Shown here: piece after piece, positions 12,321 to 25,635 of the stretch | Numbering within the stretch: position 1 is the stretch's first letter | Layout of the letters: each line of letters begins with the position of its first letter | Program-made: the position numbers and the translations under genes | The notes under the pieces: generated by a model | Told to the model about the DNA's origin: nothing | Database searches by the model: none | Seen by the model: the letters and a program-made list of their open reading frames with translations, nothing else | Source: Vicugna vicugna | Lineage: Eukaryota | Length of the DNA stretch: 64,000 nucleotides | NCBI GenBank assembly: GCA_013265495.1 | Contig: MU058781.1 | Location: 9,901,009 to 9,965,008 of the forward strand | Direction of reading: 5' to 3'

Positions 12321-12666
12321 AAATTACTAATTAAAAAATTAAAAATTATTTACTTAATTACTAAAATTTTTGTTTTATTGCTTTGTCTTCTTTCCTGCTT
12401 TGTTCAGACCAGCTTTTTTGAAGATAAGCCCCTACCATTGGCCATTAGGGAAAGAGGGGGCTAAGAAATCAAGAAGTGTGCATTCTGCTATAGGGTATTG
12501 AAGAAAGATTTTAAACACAAGCCTTTTGATTTCTCAATATGTTTTGTTCTATTCATTTATGGTCATCTTTTTCTTTTCTATAGTACTAAGGAGGGTTAAA
12601 CCCAGTTACTGCTCAAAAACGTGAATTATCTTGTTGATTTTTATTGTTGTCCTTTAAAAATGCAAG

Positions 12667-13154
12667 GTAGTGATCGATTGGTTGTATTAATTATTCCAAT
12701 CCTCCCTTCTCTGTTATGATGCCTGTGGTCACATGACTTTGCAGCTTTCCTCACTAACCGGGTAGAGTCTCTTGCCCTGTTTCTTGGATCTGAGCTGAAC
12801 TTGAAACTTGGCTTTGGCTAATGAGATGTCAGCAAAGACAGCTGAGGCTGGAGGAAGCCTTTGTGTGTTTCTGCTTGCCTTTGCTCTTCTGCCATGAGAA
12901 TGTGCCTGGGCTAGCCTCTTGGAAGGTAAGATAGGTGGAGGAAAATCAGATCATCCCAGTTGTCCTAGGGGTTGCCGTCTTCATCAGCAACAGCTGGGTG
13001 AACCCGGGCTGGAACTGTTCAGCCAAGCCCGGCTGAGCCAGCCAGAGTCACTGACCTGGAGACTTAGGGAACAAAACAGATGCTATTGTTTTAAGCTGCT
13101 GCGTCTTGGGGTGGTTTATTATGCAGCACTATTGTGTCAGTAGAAAACTGATAC
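12667..13154 (+). mobile_element. MaLR solo LTR (MLT1G/H-like)
   Basis: 'acatgactttgcagc', 'ctttggctaatgagatg', and 3' end 'ttgttttaagctgctg...ggggtggtttattatgcagca...aactgatac'. Confidence 0.8.
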
Positions 13155-14239
13155 GAGAGGAAATTCTTAGTTATAACTTTATTATCTCTTCATGATTTTC
13201 TTCAGTGATCTGTATTTGATTTTCCAATGGAAGCCAGTAAGAAAATTGCAAAATAGATATTTGGCTATGAGTAACCTTTCAGGAGACTTTATCTTCTGTG
13301 AAGCTGTAGTTAGACACTGGAAGTTTAAGGGGGAAAAACAACTTCCCCCTTTTTCCTATCAATATAATAAAATATTTTCTATAAATATTAAAAAAGAGAA
13401 AATATAATAAAATAAAATTTACTTTTGTCCCAATATAATTTGTTTTATCTATGAAGAGATTCAGATCACTCTATGACTATGGTCTAGAAATGAAAATGCC
13501 CTGTGAAGAGAGCGTGGCTATTTGCTTTATTATGAGAGGTACACAAAGCCGTGCTGGGTTGAAGTTTTATTGTATAGAAACTCATGTTAATTTTACCAGT
13601 TGTAAAGAAAGTTTCTCCTGTCCCTACTCTTTGGAAATGTGCCTGCCTTCTTAGGCATGGAAATGTGACTGCAGTGCCAAGTTTGACAGCTGATTCTGGA
13701 TAACCACTTAACTCCACATCCGTGAGAGGAAGTGACTCTAAGAGCAAACACATGGGAATCCTTGAGTTACATAAGTTAGGGTGTTGTGCCCAAGCAGCAG
13801 AGTCACACACTGTGTGCGTGTTATGTATATTTTTGATTAGTTTATATTAAAGGAAGCGGTGAGGTTATTAAGAGAACTTTAGGTTTAATTTGGATTGTTT
13901 TTCCCAGCTATTCACAAGTATCTTGCCTTCTCCTTGCCAAAAGTCCAGAAGATGGGAAAACTGCCTAATCAGTCATGGGGGGAAGGTTGCAGAATGGGAA
14001 TAGAGTGGAAGGAGGTCGTGGGGCATGTGAGAGGTCCTGGCCACCTCTGAGGGCTGCTTTATTTGAACACAGCTCATACTGTGCAGATCATGACAATTGA
14101 CTACATAAAGGTAGCCCGTTTTTAAGAAGATTAGTTCCTCCTATCCAGTACACCATCTTTATGGATATACAGCTATTTACAGTGTCATCAAGTAGTCAGA
14201 GATTTACTTTCATCTTTAGGTGATGTTGAAATGATTATT

Positions 14240-14532
14240 TCATAGACTATCCATATAATGGAGTATTATACAACATTAAAAATGATACCTTTAAAGAAAA
14301 CTTTAATGGTTTGGAAAAATGTTTTATAATTAAGATGCAAAAGGCCAGTTTTAAAACTGCACATGTGGAATAGTCATAATTATATGCATGCACATTTATC
14401 TACTTGTAACATATCCAAAGGAAGTATACCAGTACATGGTGGATTTATGATGGTTTTAATAACCTCCTTCACACTCTTTTTGATTTTCCCACTTTAAAAA
14501 ATGATTTCATGAGAATTTATGATTAGAGAAAT
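14240..14532 (+). mobile_element. Old L1 (L1ME/MC-like) 3' UTR
   Basis: 'atccatataatggagtattatacaacattaaaaatga' and a matching terminal segment. Confidence 0.65.
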
Positions 14533-15237
14533 TAACATATTAATTAAAATATACTGGTTTAGGAGAACTTTGAGGACAAGTGTGTCTTACTTTTTTCCAA
14601 ATTCGAACAACTGGCACCTAATGCTTAGAAGGTTGTAGGGGGAAAAACATACTTGATGAATACAAAGGAGACCTCAGACAAGGGTTCAGTAGGTTAAATA
14701 GGGACTCAATTAATAAACCAGAATGCCAAGGCTGTTTCAAGATGCAGTTACACTAAAGCAGAGATTCTGTTTCCTTAATAGTTACTACCATCCTTATCCT
14801 AGAATACCAGGAGCTACCTGAAATCTAGGAGCCATTTTTTCATCACTTGACAACCTTTGGATTGTTTCTTAATTGCTTTATGTTTTGTTTTTTTCTATAG
14901 TTATACAAATATAATTATTTCTGAAGGAAGTCTTTCCCTAGAGTAACACTGTTCTAATGGGTATATGATATAAGAGAAACTATGAATGACAAAGAAAATA
15001 AAGGGAGCATGTTTTTCCTATTTTGGTGAAAACTTCATTCCTTTCCTCCAGGAAATCGTCCATGATTACTGCAACTACTATTCTGTTTAACTACCTTCAT
15101 TGCCTACTCTCTTACAGACAAATACTATGCCAAATGCGTACTTGGTTTTCTACTTATTCCTTTTGGTACTGTTCTCCACAGTAATCGTTGCATAGAATTT
15201 TTCTTTTGCACTATAAAGGGAAAGCTCTGTGATGGCC

Positions 15238-15425
15238 AAACATGCATGTGATTGCTGACTGTGTGTTGGACACTTTTCTAAGCCTTCTGCATATGTTGGC
15301 TTGCTCATCCTCTCAATAGCCATGGGAAGAAGGTGACCCTTGTTAATCCCATTTTACAGATGAGAAAACTGGGTAGAGAAGTTAAAGACCTTGCCCTAGG
15401 TTACATAGCTCATAAAGAGCAGAGT
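15238..15425 (-). mobile_element. MIR SINE
   Basis: Core 'aatcccattttacagatgagaaaactg...agaagttaaagaccttgccc'. Confidence 0.85.
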
Positions 15426-16039
15426 ATTGCTGCTCTGATAACACTTTCCTGTTCCCCATCACAAGGATATAGTGCCTCTTCAGTGATATTAGCAAGTGCT
15501 TAGTCAATGTGTGCCAATTGCTTAAAAGGAAGTCCCAGATATTTTTATGATTCCAAAACCACCATAGACTGAAAATGGAGAAGAGTAATCATACCTGACA
15601 AGTGTGATTACAAAAGTTTGGGAACTTGATCTGACTTGAAATAAGTCCCAAGCAAGTGAGATTTTAGTTATGTTTTTGAATTACTCAAGGGAACACCAGC
15701 AGTTGTACCTTTGGGATGAGTGTCTGTATGTGGACACATTAAAACACCTTCTTGTGCTGTTGGGAGAGGTACACATTTCCATTTTCTTAATTCTGCCTTT
15801 AGTTTTGGTTCCTGTTTTGTATAGACATCCAGTTTCTAATGCATGTTTAAAAAAACAAACACACACAACCTCTATACCTGTTTAAATCAGGAGGTGAGTT
15901 AATGGGATAGGAAGGCTTGAAAACAATACATCGAGTGCAGAGAGTTTGCCCCATCTGGGCAGCTCCCAGGAGCAAAGCAGTCAGTCTGCGTGGACAGTCA
16001 GGCCCTATGGAGTCAAATAATCCTGCAGGATGGAACGTG

Positions 16040-16190
16040 ATCTGAGAAGGCCGGGCCTCAGTTCTTTCAGCTGTGCCCCGACTCACATGTGTGCTCTGGG
16101 TCGAATCACGTTCCTTCTTTCGGCTTGAGTTTTCTTATCTATCATTTGGGGAATAAATAACCGGCCTTTCCTTGGAAAGCCTGTTGAAAC
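16040..16190 (+). mobile_element. MIR fragment
   Basis: 'tgtgtgctctgggtcgaatcac...cttgagttttcttatctatcatttgggga'. Confidence 0.55.
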
Positions 16191-19100
16191 CATTCCCTGA
16201 AAGGTGTTGGTTGTCCCCGTTGTTAGTCATATTGCAGTATCACGGTTACAGGCCAGCCTCGGGCTCAGAATGGAAAAAATGAGCCGACCTTGCCTGACGT
16301 GACTGGGGCGCTCTGAGCCTGTCCGCTTTCTTTTCTCTCTGACCCTGATGGCCTCGTGCTACCCGATGAGGCTCAGCCTTTTGACAGCTGGCCCAGGGTC
16401 ATCGGGTTCAGAGCAAAAGTGGGCCCTGTGGACACAACACTTTGAGGGCTCTCTGAGTGATCCAGCTGGGGCAGGTCCAACTGTTTTTGTGCCAAATGGA
16501 AAAAGAAGCCTGCGCTCGCTTGTCCTTGGGAAGCACAGTGCAGGGGGAGCAGTTTTCCCTTTCTCCCAAACTCACGTTTAGTCCGAGCTGCTGCCTTTAT
16601 ATTCTTGATTACCAACCACTAACCACGAACATTTCCACGGCCCACGTGCTCTGCCTCTTGGCTTTGAACTCTTCAGCTATGACGGAAACTTTATATTTTT
16701 ATGTCTGCTTGGCTGGAATCTCCTCTGGGAGAGAAGGCAGTAATTGCCTTTTGGGTGATTTCGCCTCCACTCATTCTTGATCCCATTCAGAGAGGGGTTT
16801 TGATAAAACCTAAAGAATCAAACCTGCATCCTGGGCTGCATCAACATTAGAAGAGTGGACTTGAGTGGCAGCAGCCTGTTTATAATCTCCTGGGCCCATT
16901 TCTGTTTTCATTTTCCTGAAGATTGAAGGGGATGTAGGGCAGAAAACAACAGCAGGATAATTCTGTAATCCCCTCGGCTCCCACACGTGTTCCTCACTAG
17001 CATGCGTTCAGAGACGTGTGTGAGGGTCTCCCGTCCTGAGACCCACGAGTAGACAAAGAGGATCCCACAGTCTGTTGCCTATCCCTGGGGAACTAAAAAC
17101 AAATGCTTAGGCTATAATATTCCCGAAGATTAAGTTATTTGAAAGGCATTTTATTTTATAATCATGCAAATACATCTGTTCTTGTTTTTCAGGCTGGTAA
17201 CCAGATCTCAGACGGCCAGTAAATAATCTCTCTCTCTTTCTTCTTTGCTCCTCTACCCTGTGCTCCTTCCTCTTTGGTCTTTGATGCTGATGATGGGATA
17301 GGGGTCATCAGGCACTGAGAAACCACAATTGCTGAGGGTCATTTTTCATTTATTATTTCTTCGGAGGCTTTTGCTTTTCTCAACTTTACGTGGTTCCTTA
17401 ACCCAGGGAAGGGGAGGGAGAGAGGTTGATGAGGAGGTCAGTCTATTGTGTTGCCTCTGGATTCTGTGTATTTGCTCTTCCTAAGTCTGTTTACACTCTG
17501 AATCACTTGACATGCTGCACATTCTTCCGTAAAGTCTCTCTTGGAGCAGCAGCCTTTGGGCACTGTGGAGGTACACTCAGTATTTCTAGGATTTGAATAA
17601 TTAAAAAAAAACTGGCGGATTTGTTTTTGTAAAGACTTGAAGCCTAGGAGAAGATAGTTTCCTTAATTAGTGGTGACAAGTTCTGTAGTTTTCCTTTTAA
17701 ATAAGATTATTATGCATAAGATATGGAAGCATTGCTCTTTTATGGGAATAAAGTTTACATGGAATGTGTCCATTTCTGGTTTACTGAACGGAAGTACCAT
17801 GGCACCTGCTAAGCACTGCTTTTCTTTGCATAAATAATGTAAATGGTAGAATCAAATATCCTAACGGGCCACTAGGAATTATCTGATCTATTATTGGAAT
17901 TCCAGTAAAATTATATTTAAAAGATTTGGATAGAAAGGACATTTATTTAAGAACATCTTTATGTATTTATCATGAACATATATTGCAGCTAAAGACAGAA
18001 TGCTAGTAATTCACAAAATGTATCTACCCATTTGCAGATTTGGGAATTAGCGATTAATATATTGTTATTTTTTGCAGGATAGTCAAGTGCTTTTCTAAGA
18101 TAAAGTTGATTACAGGCATCAGCATTTGAAAACCTTGATTGAATCTGCCTAAAATATGTGATCGATGTATGAAATCCAAACACAATGAAAACTTAAACAT
18201 ATTTATAAGCACAGATGGATATTAAGAAAACTTATAATGATTAAAACGTATTACTAATTTTTAAATATTAACTAATAATTATGAGTAGTCAGATTTCTAG
18301 GCAAATCATTGCTCACAAGGAAAAAAGTTACTGTGTTTTCGAACAAACTTCTTTTAATCGTTTAGTAAGTCATACAATCTGTTACTTCATTGTAAAATAA
18401 TCCATAATTTGACTATTTAAAAAATTATTCACTCAATCTAATCTCTCCAGAGTCATTAAGACCTGACTATGTAGGAGTGACATTTTGCTAAACATGAATC
18501 TTTTAGTTTATGCTGGATTCTGGCTCTTATTGGCATTTTGCTGAGTAATAGACCAAAGGGTCTATTCTGTAAATCCAAGTGTGTTACCCTCCTGAGCTTG
18601 ATCCACCTGAAACCAAGAGACTTCTGTGTGTCACAGCATGGATTCTGTTCCTGATTTGAACAGTGAAACTAAAGGTTGAATTAAACCATTCTTTTTTTCA
18701 GTTCGACTCTGTACTGGAATCACTTTAGACTTTATATTTATAGTTTCAGTAATACAAGAATATATGGGAATGAGTGGACGCTGTTAATTGCTTTTCCCTG
18801 CAGTGAAGAGTACTTTGTGTTTAGTCCTTAGCCATGGCATTTATTCAGAGCAGCAATTCTTAATGGTGGGGATGGAGAGTGAAGTAGAAGAAAGAAATCA
18901 GAATCTCTGGGAAGGAGGCTTGAATTGGGTGTTGGGTTTCAAAAAATATGCTTGCCTACTTGAGAATTGATTCCGTAGTAAAACTGCCACTAATGGGATT
19001 ATACGAGGTGAAAATGATAGGCTTGCAGCCATTGATGTAAAGTGTTTGTAGCAGAGGAGTCAGTTTAAGTGAATGCAAAGTTGTCTCTTTCCCAAAAGGG

Positions 19101-19689
19101 CTTTTTTCATGAATTGATATGTAATGAGGAGTGTGTGTGTGGGTGTGTGCACATGCATTCATGAAAGAAGTTTAGAGAGAGGGTGGTGCTATTATCCCAC
19201 TCCAAATGATAGGAAAGACAGGAAACTGAAGGACAGGGTGGTGTCTGTTTCCTGTCCTGTCTGTGGAGACAGTCCTGACTCAGATATGCCCATGTGCCGT
19301 GCCTGTAGGGACTCTAAGAATACCTGAGACGCCTCTGTAGTGGTCTGGGACCCTATAAGAGTCCAGTCTTGGAGGTGAACCTGTGAAATCCAGATATTAA
19401 GATCGACATTTCATTTTCCTACAGGCTTCTTAGACCTGAACAGACTGGGGTAACATCTTTTTTATCTCAACAATTAAGATAATGGGTATTTTAGTAATTC
19501 AAAACTCTATGTAAGTATCACAGCCTGAAGGCTGAATTTTAGAGAGAGAATCATCGGCATCAAGAAAATATAAAAATACTGATTTTTTTTTTTAAGGAAG
19601 AATCCTTCCAGCAAAATAACACATTCTGAGAAACTTTTCACTTGTTGATTAAAGCTAGTGAGCATTTTAAACCCTTAGATAAAAATTAA

Positions 19690-19810
19690 TGGCTGGGATT
19701 ATTCCTGACTCCAACAATTAATTGGCTGTGTGACTTTTAACAGGTCTTTTAAGTCTCTGGGCCAGTTTTCCTATCAGTAGAAGAAGGTTAACTCATTGCT
19801 CTAGATGCTT
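19690..19810 (+). mobile_element. MIR/MIR3 fragment
   Basis: 'ggctgtgtgactttt...tctctgggccagttttcctatcagtag'. Confidence 0.6.
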
Positions 19811-20189
19811 CAGGAAAAGTGCCTTACTCATGTTTTATTTTCATTCCTTGAATCCGTTGCCTTAAGCAAGGAAAGCTTGTTTGTGAATCTGGTTTATCAG
19901 AAAGCAGAGAAACAAAATTTCAGAAAATCATCTGATGGTTTCCAATGTTACAGCAGAATTCTCACGTAATTCCTATTCCCTCACTACCCCCTAACCACCC
20001 CACCCCAAAAAACCAGACCACCCCAAAAAACCACACCTTTGATAGGAATGAACTTCACACATATTATTTATTGTGATTAAAATAATGAATTCTCTTTGCC
20101 AGCAGATATCAATATTTTTATGTATAAAATTTCTGAATGTAACTAAGGTGAGTACATTTTGCCTCAAGAAGATTCTTGGACAGGGAGGG

Positions 20190-23100
20190 GGAATCCAAAC
20201 AGAATCTCTCAGTCTTGCAGAGTTGAGGCAGATACTAGATTTCAGAAGGTCAATGTTTAGAATCTGTGAAGCATAGAACTGGGAGGAGGGAGCTGCACAG
20301 AGGAAGAGGTCCTGATATATGCATAAGAGACCCCTTGAGACCTGTGGCATATAGTTTGCAAATGCATGTGATGAAAACTGCACAAGGCCAGATAAGAACA
20401 ACTTCCAAGGAAATAGCTATTACTTGGGGCTATAAGACAAAAAAGAAAAAAAAATCTCGGAGGTCACTCAGGACTCAGAATTTTTTGTGTTCCTTCTAAC
20501 TCAATCCAGAGTGAAGAGACCCTGGGGCATTCAGGTTTAACTAAGAAGTGGGGCTAAATTTGAGCTAAAATGAAACCCTTCTATGCATATGCCAAAAGGA
20601 TTTTTAAAACCATACAACAAGTGGGTCAGACTAGCCCACAATCAACTTAACTACTTGTTGGAAAATTCCAATGCTCTTTAAAGGAATACAGCAAAATTAA
20701 TTGCTCAAAAACAGAAAAATCTAAATGTACAGCCTCAAAAAAAAATCACCAGAGATTTGAAAAAAATGGAAAATATAACACATAACCATAAGTAAATAAG
20801 TCAATATAAAACAGATCTAGAAATGGCAGAATGAAGAAATTAACAGAAAAGAAAATATGCCTCTTATGTACAAGATGTAAGGAAATCATGAATATGATGA
20901 AGAGAAAAATGGAAAGTATAAAAAATAATGCAAATATAGCTTCTAGAGATAAAACAATTATAATATTTGAAATAAAAAGTATACTAAATGGAAATTATAG
21001 CAGATTCCACACTGGGAACAAATTTACCAGTGAAATTGAAGTCATAGCAATAGGAAAAATCCCAAACAAAGCATGGTGGATTAAAAAATAAAGTCTTAGT
21101 CATCCATTGGATAATATCCCATGGTATAATTTATGTTTAATTGGAAGCCTAGATGGTGAATCAAAAAATACTTAAAAAAATGATAAAAAATTTTCCAAAT
21201 TTGATGAAAATGATAAAACCCCATATTTCAGAAACTCAGTAAACCCAAAGCAGAGTAAATATTTTAAATGACACAGACAAATGCACATCATAATAAAATT
21301 TCAGAAAACTAGTGATAAATATAAAATAGTAAAACCGGCCAGGAATGTTATTTAAAGAGAAAGCCAAAAACCCCATAAGATTTACTTCAGACTTCTATCA
21401 GAAACTATGCAAACTCAAAGAAAATGAAGTGACATTTTTATGGTGCTGAAAGAAAAAAAATATTAAAAATTTCAAATTAGTAACCTATACCTAGTATAAA
21501 TATCTTTAAATAATGACTTTTTCAGACCCACATTACAAGAAATGCTGAAGTAAGTTCTTTATGTGGAAAAAAAAATGACACTAAATAGAAATTCAGATCT
21601 GCACAAATAAGGAAAATCAAGAATGGTAAATATGTGGGCAAGGATGAAGTATATATTTCCTCATTTGTAAATTTCTTTTAAAAATATTGTCTAGAGCGAA
21701 AGTGATACTGAAGTATTGTGGAATGTATAATTTAAAGAACGGCCGGGCTGAAATACGGTGTATCATTGTAAGGTTCTTAAACTCTGTGTTAAGGAATGTG
21801 ATAAAGAAGTTTATACCAACTGTGACAATTGTGATCAAATAGACAAATTTCTTAAAAGACAAAAACAAAGATACAAGCTTACCCGCAAAGAAATAGATAA
21901 CATGAATAGCTTTGTATCATTGAATTTGTAGTTAAATTCTTCTCACAATATCGAGGTGCAACAGGCTTCATTAGTAAAGTTACCAAAAATTTAAAGACAT
22001 AATACCAATACTACACAAACTTCTCCAGCTGACAGAAAAGGGACACGTCCTGTTTTATTTCGTTAAGCCAGCATTATCCTGATACAAATACATTATAAGA
22101 AAGTTGCAGACTAACACCCCTCATAATTATAACTAAAAAGTTATTAATGAAATAGCAAATCAAAACCAGCAGTATATAAAATGGATAATATATTATGACC
22201 ATTTGGAGATTATCCGAGTAATGCAAAGTTGTCTTACTGTTTTAAAAAGTCAGTGGGAATAACTTACCACAATAACAGACAAAGATGGGGAACCATGCCA
22301 TCATTTCAAGAAAGGAAAGCATAACACAACAATCAAACCTTTGAGAAGAGTCAGTTCACTTTCAGGGTGAAAACTCAGCAACCCAGAAATAGAAGGGAAT
22401 TTCCTCAACATGATAAAAAGCACCTCCAAATCACTACAGCTAACACCATCTTTAATGGCAAAAGACTGAATATGTTTTCCTTAAGAAAAGGAACAGAGCA
22501 AGATTGTTCACACCAACCATTTCTATTTAATACTGTAGTGATGGTCCTGGCTTGTGCAATGTAGGACTAAAAGGAAATTAAATGTACTCAGATTGAGGGG
22601 AGAAGGGAGTAAATTCTCATTATCTTAGATAACAAGATCCTTTATTTAGAGAATGATAAGGAATCTCTAAAACAGATACTAGACTAATAAGTGAGTTTAG
22701 CAAGGTTGCAGAGTACAAGGTCAATATACGAAAATAATTGTGTTTCTATATATTAGCAGCAAATAATTGGAATTTGAAATTAAAAAGATAACATCAATTA
22801 GAATAAAAAGGCATGCAATAGAGAGCTAAATGTAACTGAATATGGACAAAACCCTGACAACTACGAAACTTGGAAGAGAAAATTTGATTAAGTGAATGGA
22901 CAAATATAGCATGTTTATGGATCAAAAGATTCAGTGTTTTTAAGATGCCAGTTCTTCACAAATTGATGTATAGAGTCATTGAAGCTCCAGTGAAAAAAAA
23001 AATCCCAGCAAGCTTTTTTTTGGTAGAATTTGACAAGCTGATTCTAAACTTCGTATTTAAATATAAAGGGCCTAGAATAGCCAATGTAATGGGAAAAAAC

Positions 23101-24045
23101 AAAAAGAACAAAATGGAAGCACTTGAACTACTTGATCTCTGGAATTACCACGAATTTACAAAAATAAAAACAATATAATGATTGATGCATAGGTTAATGG
23201 AATAAAACAGAGTCCAGAGATGGAGCAACATGTACATATTTGTAATTCAGTGGACTAGAAAAGAATCTTTTCTTCAAATGATGCTGGAACAAAATTATCC
23301 ATAGTGGGGAAAATGAACTTCAAATCTTACCTCACATTGTATACAAAAATTAACTCAGTTTGGCTCATAGGGCTAAACATATGTGCCCCAATTATAAACA
23401 GAAAGAAAACAGGAGAAAAACCTTATGACCTTGAGTTAGACAAAGATTTCTTGGATCACAAAAAAGAATCACAGACCTAAGTGTAGGAGCTAAAACTATA
23501 AAAATTCTAGGAGGAAATCTTTGTGACCTTGGGTGGGATAAGATTTCTTAGATCTCACACAGAGACCATGTACCACAAACGAAACTTGATAAGTTGGACA
23601 TCATCAAATTAAGGAGTTTTGTGCTCCATGGTACACCAGTTAGAAAGTGGAAAGGCCAGTCACAGAATGGGAGAAAATATTTACAAAACGTATATCTGAT
23701 ATAAGATGAATCCAGAGCATGTAAAAAATACTTAAAACTTAAAAGTCCCCAAACTGCCCAGAAAAAAACAAGTAAAGGGATTAAATACTTCACCAATGAA
23801 GATTACTGAATGGTTAATAAACACATGAAGCTTAGCATCATTAGTCAATAATGAAATGCAAATTAAAACTACAGTGAGTCACCTCTTTGTACATTCTGGA
23901 ACTACTAAAATTAAAAAGAATGAAAATACTAAGTGCTGGTGTTGATGTAGAGCACCTGGAAATATCCTGGAATTGCCAACGATAATGTCAAGTGATACAG
24001 CCTCCTAGGAAGACAGTTTGGAAGTTTACTCTCAAGTTAAATAGC
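20190..24045 (+). mobile_element. Large decayed ancient L1 (L1M class): 5' region, ORF1 remnant, ORF2 remnant, part of 3' UTR
   Basis: ORF2-like frames TANTIFNGKRLNMFSLRKGTEQDCSHQPFLFN (22367-22564; cf. PTANIILNG..FPLKTGTRQGCPLSPLLFN) and LHKLMYRV..IPASFFLVEFDKLILNF..KGPRIA (22945-23178); A-rich ORF1-like segment at ~20800-21600; many stops and frameshifts. The 5' boundary is uncertain. Confidence 0.9.
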
Positions 24046-25448
24046 CTGAATGAGTCTAATCTTAAAAAGATTTTCTGAACCACAGTGCAGCTCACTATGC
24101 ATTTATATACTCATCCACTTATTCACTTAACTATGTGAGCAAGGGTCTTGCAATTTGGTCCACTTATAACTACAACATGGTAAACACAGCTTGATGCTGA
24201 AAGAGGGTGCAGTTTAGCTGAGGTGACAGTTAATCGGGCTATGAGTATAGTGTCCAGAAGTGTCTCTATGGGCCCATGTAGAAAAACTGTTACCAGATTT
24301 ATGGGATAAGGGAAGGCTTTTCAGAGGTAAAGACAGCCAAGTGGGAACTGGAGGCCTTCTAAATATGGTACCATCTAGTACTGTCTATGCCTCACCATGT
24401 AGCTTTTCAGATTTGTGCCAGGCTGCACCCCAAAACCAAGGAATCAGGACTACACCACAAAATGATGTCCTCTCTAGTGAGATGAAGTTAGGGAAATGGA
24501 CAACGAAATGAACTGTGAGCTTTATCGCAAGACAAGATGTATTTGAGCTTGGCCACCATATCTTGTCCATCTCTGTATGCTTAACCATCCATAGAGTGGT
24601 TGAATGAAGCAGAGAGGTGCTCTACGAATAATCTGCTGAATGAACAATGAGGGGCTGGCAGGGCGCTACATGAATCAGGACCCAAATGCAGTGGGGATGA
24701 GGTGTACTGGGTTATTTGGGGATCCTGGTCTGTGAGTGAACAGTAAGTAACTGCCACTGTTTACAGTGAGACCTAGTTGGTTTTGTGGTAGTGTCACACA
24801 TAGTGGGATGGGTTTGACTGCTAGATTTGCAGGTAGGATTTGGGGTGACCTACCTCTGCTTTTACTGTGTCTATCATTCTCCTCAAATAAATAAGTACTA
24901 AGCCGGGAGAAAAGCTTTCTAGCACTAAAAGCTCTAGAGTGATAGGGAAAGCTCAGATATCTCCAGATTATTCTTAATTCACCTTACCAGACTGAAGATT
25001 CCTTGATATCTATATTCTCTAAGAGCACAGGACATGTATATTATTTTAAACAATTTGGTTCATAGATGGAATCAAATAACAGAAGTGCTATTATTCACAG
25101 CAGTTGATTTTTAAACATCTCTGGTCATAGCAATCTGGACTCAATGTTATTCAGATTGTGTTAACTGAGGAAAAAGATATATTATTTGGTCGCTAATTAA
25201 AAAAATGAGTCTTATTTTTTTCAAAACTGGCTAAATAATGGAAGGTCCTGAGGTCATGGAAGTGAAAATGAAGGATTTGGTGTCCTTTTCTTTTTTCATA
25301 AAATATAAATCTCTCTTCTCTTCGTTTCATAGTGCTCTTTATTTTTTCATTTTTTCCTTTCCATTTTTCCTATTCCAGGTATTTTTACTTCTCATTTGGC
25401 TTTGTTTCTATTCCTTAGCTTCTGAAGTTTCTATGTTCCCTGTTTAAA

Positions 25449-25635
25449 TAATGATTCTCAAGCTTGTGTGTACATCAGGATCACTTTGGAGGGTTGGTGA
25501 ATGCAGACGGCGGGGCTACAGTTCTGAAGCCTCTGATTCAGGGAGAGAAGGAATGTGTGTGAAAATTTGCATTTGTACTAAGTCCTCAGTGAGGCTACTG
25601 CTGCTTGTCCTGTCACCACCCCTTGAGAATCACTG
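25449..25635. mobile_element. MER5A-like hAT-Charlie MITE
   Basis: TIRs 'atgattctcaa' / 'ttgagaatcactg'; internal 'atcaggatcac', 'tctgattcag', 'aatttgcattt'. Confidence 0.8.

Noticed and set aside
22367..23178. ORFs resembling reverse transcriptase/ORF2
   Set aside because: Fragments of a heavily mutated L1 with stops and frameshifts; not a gene, retron or active element.
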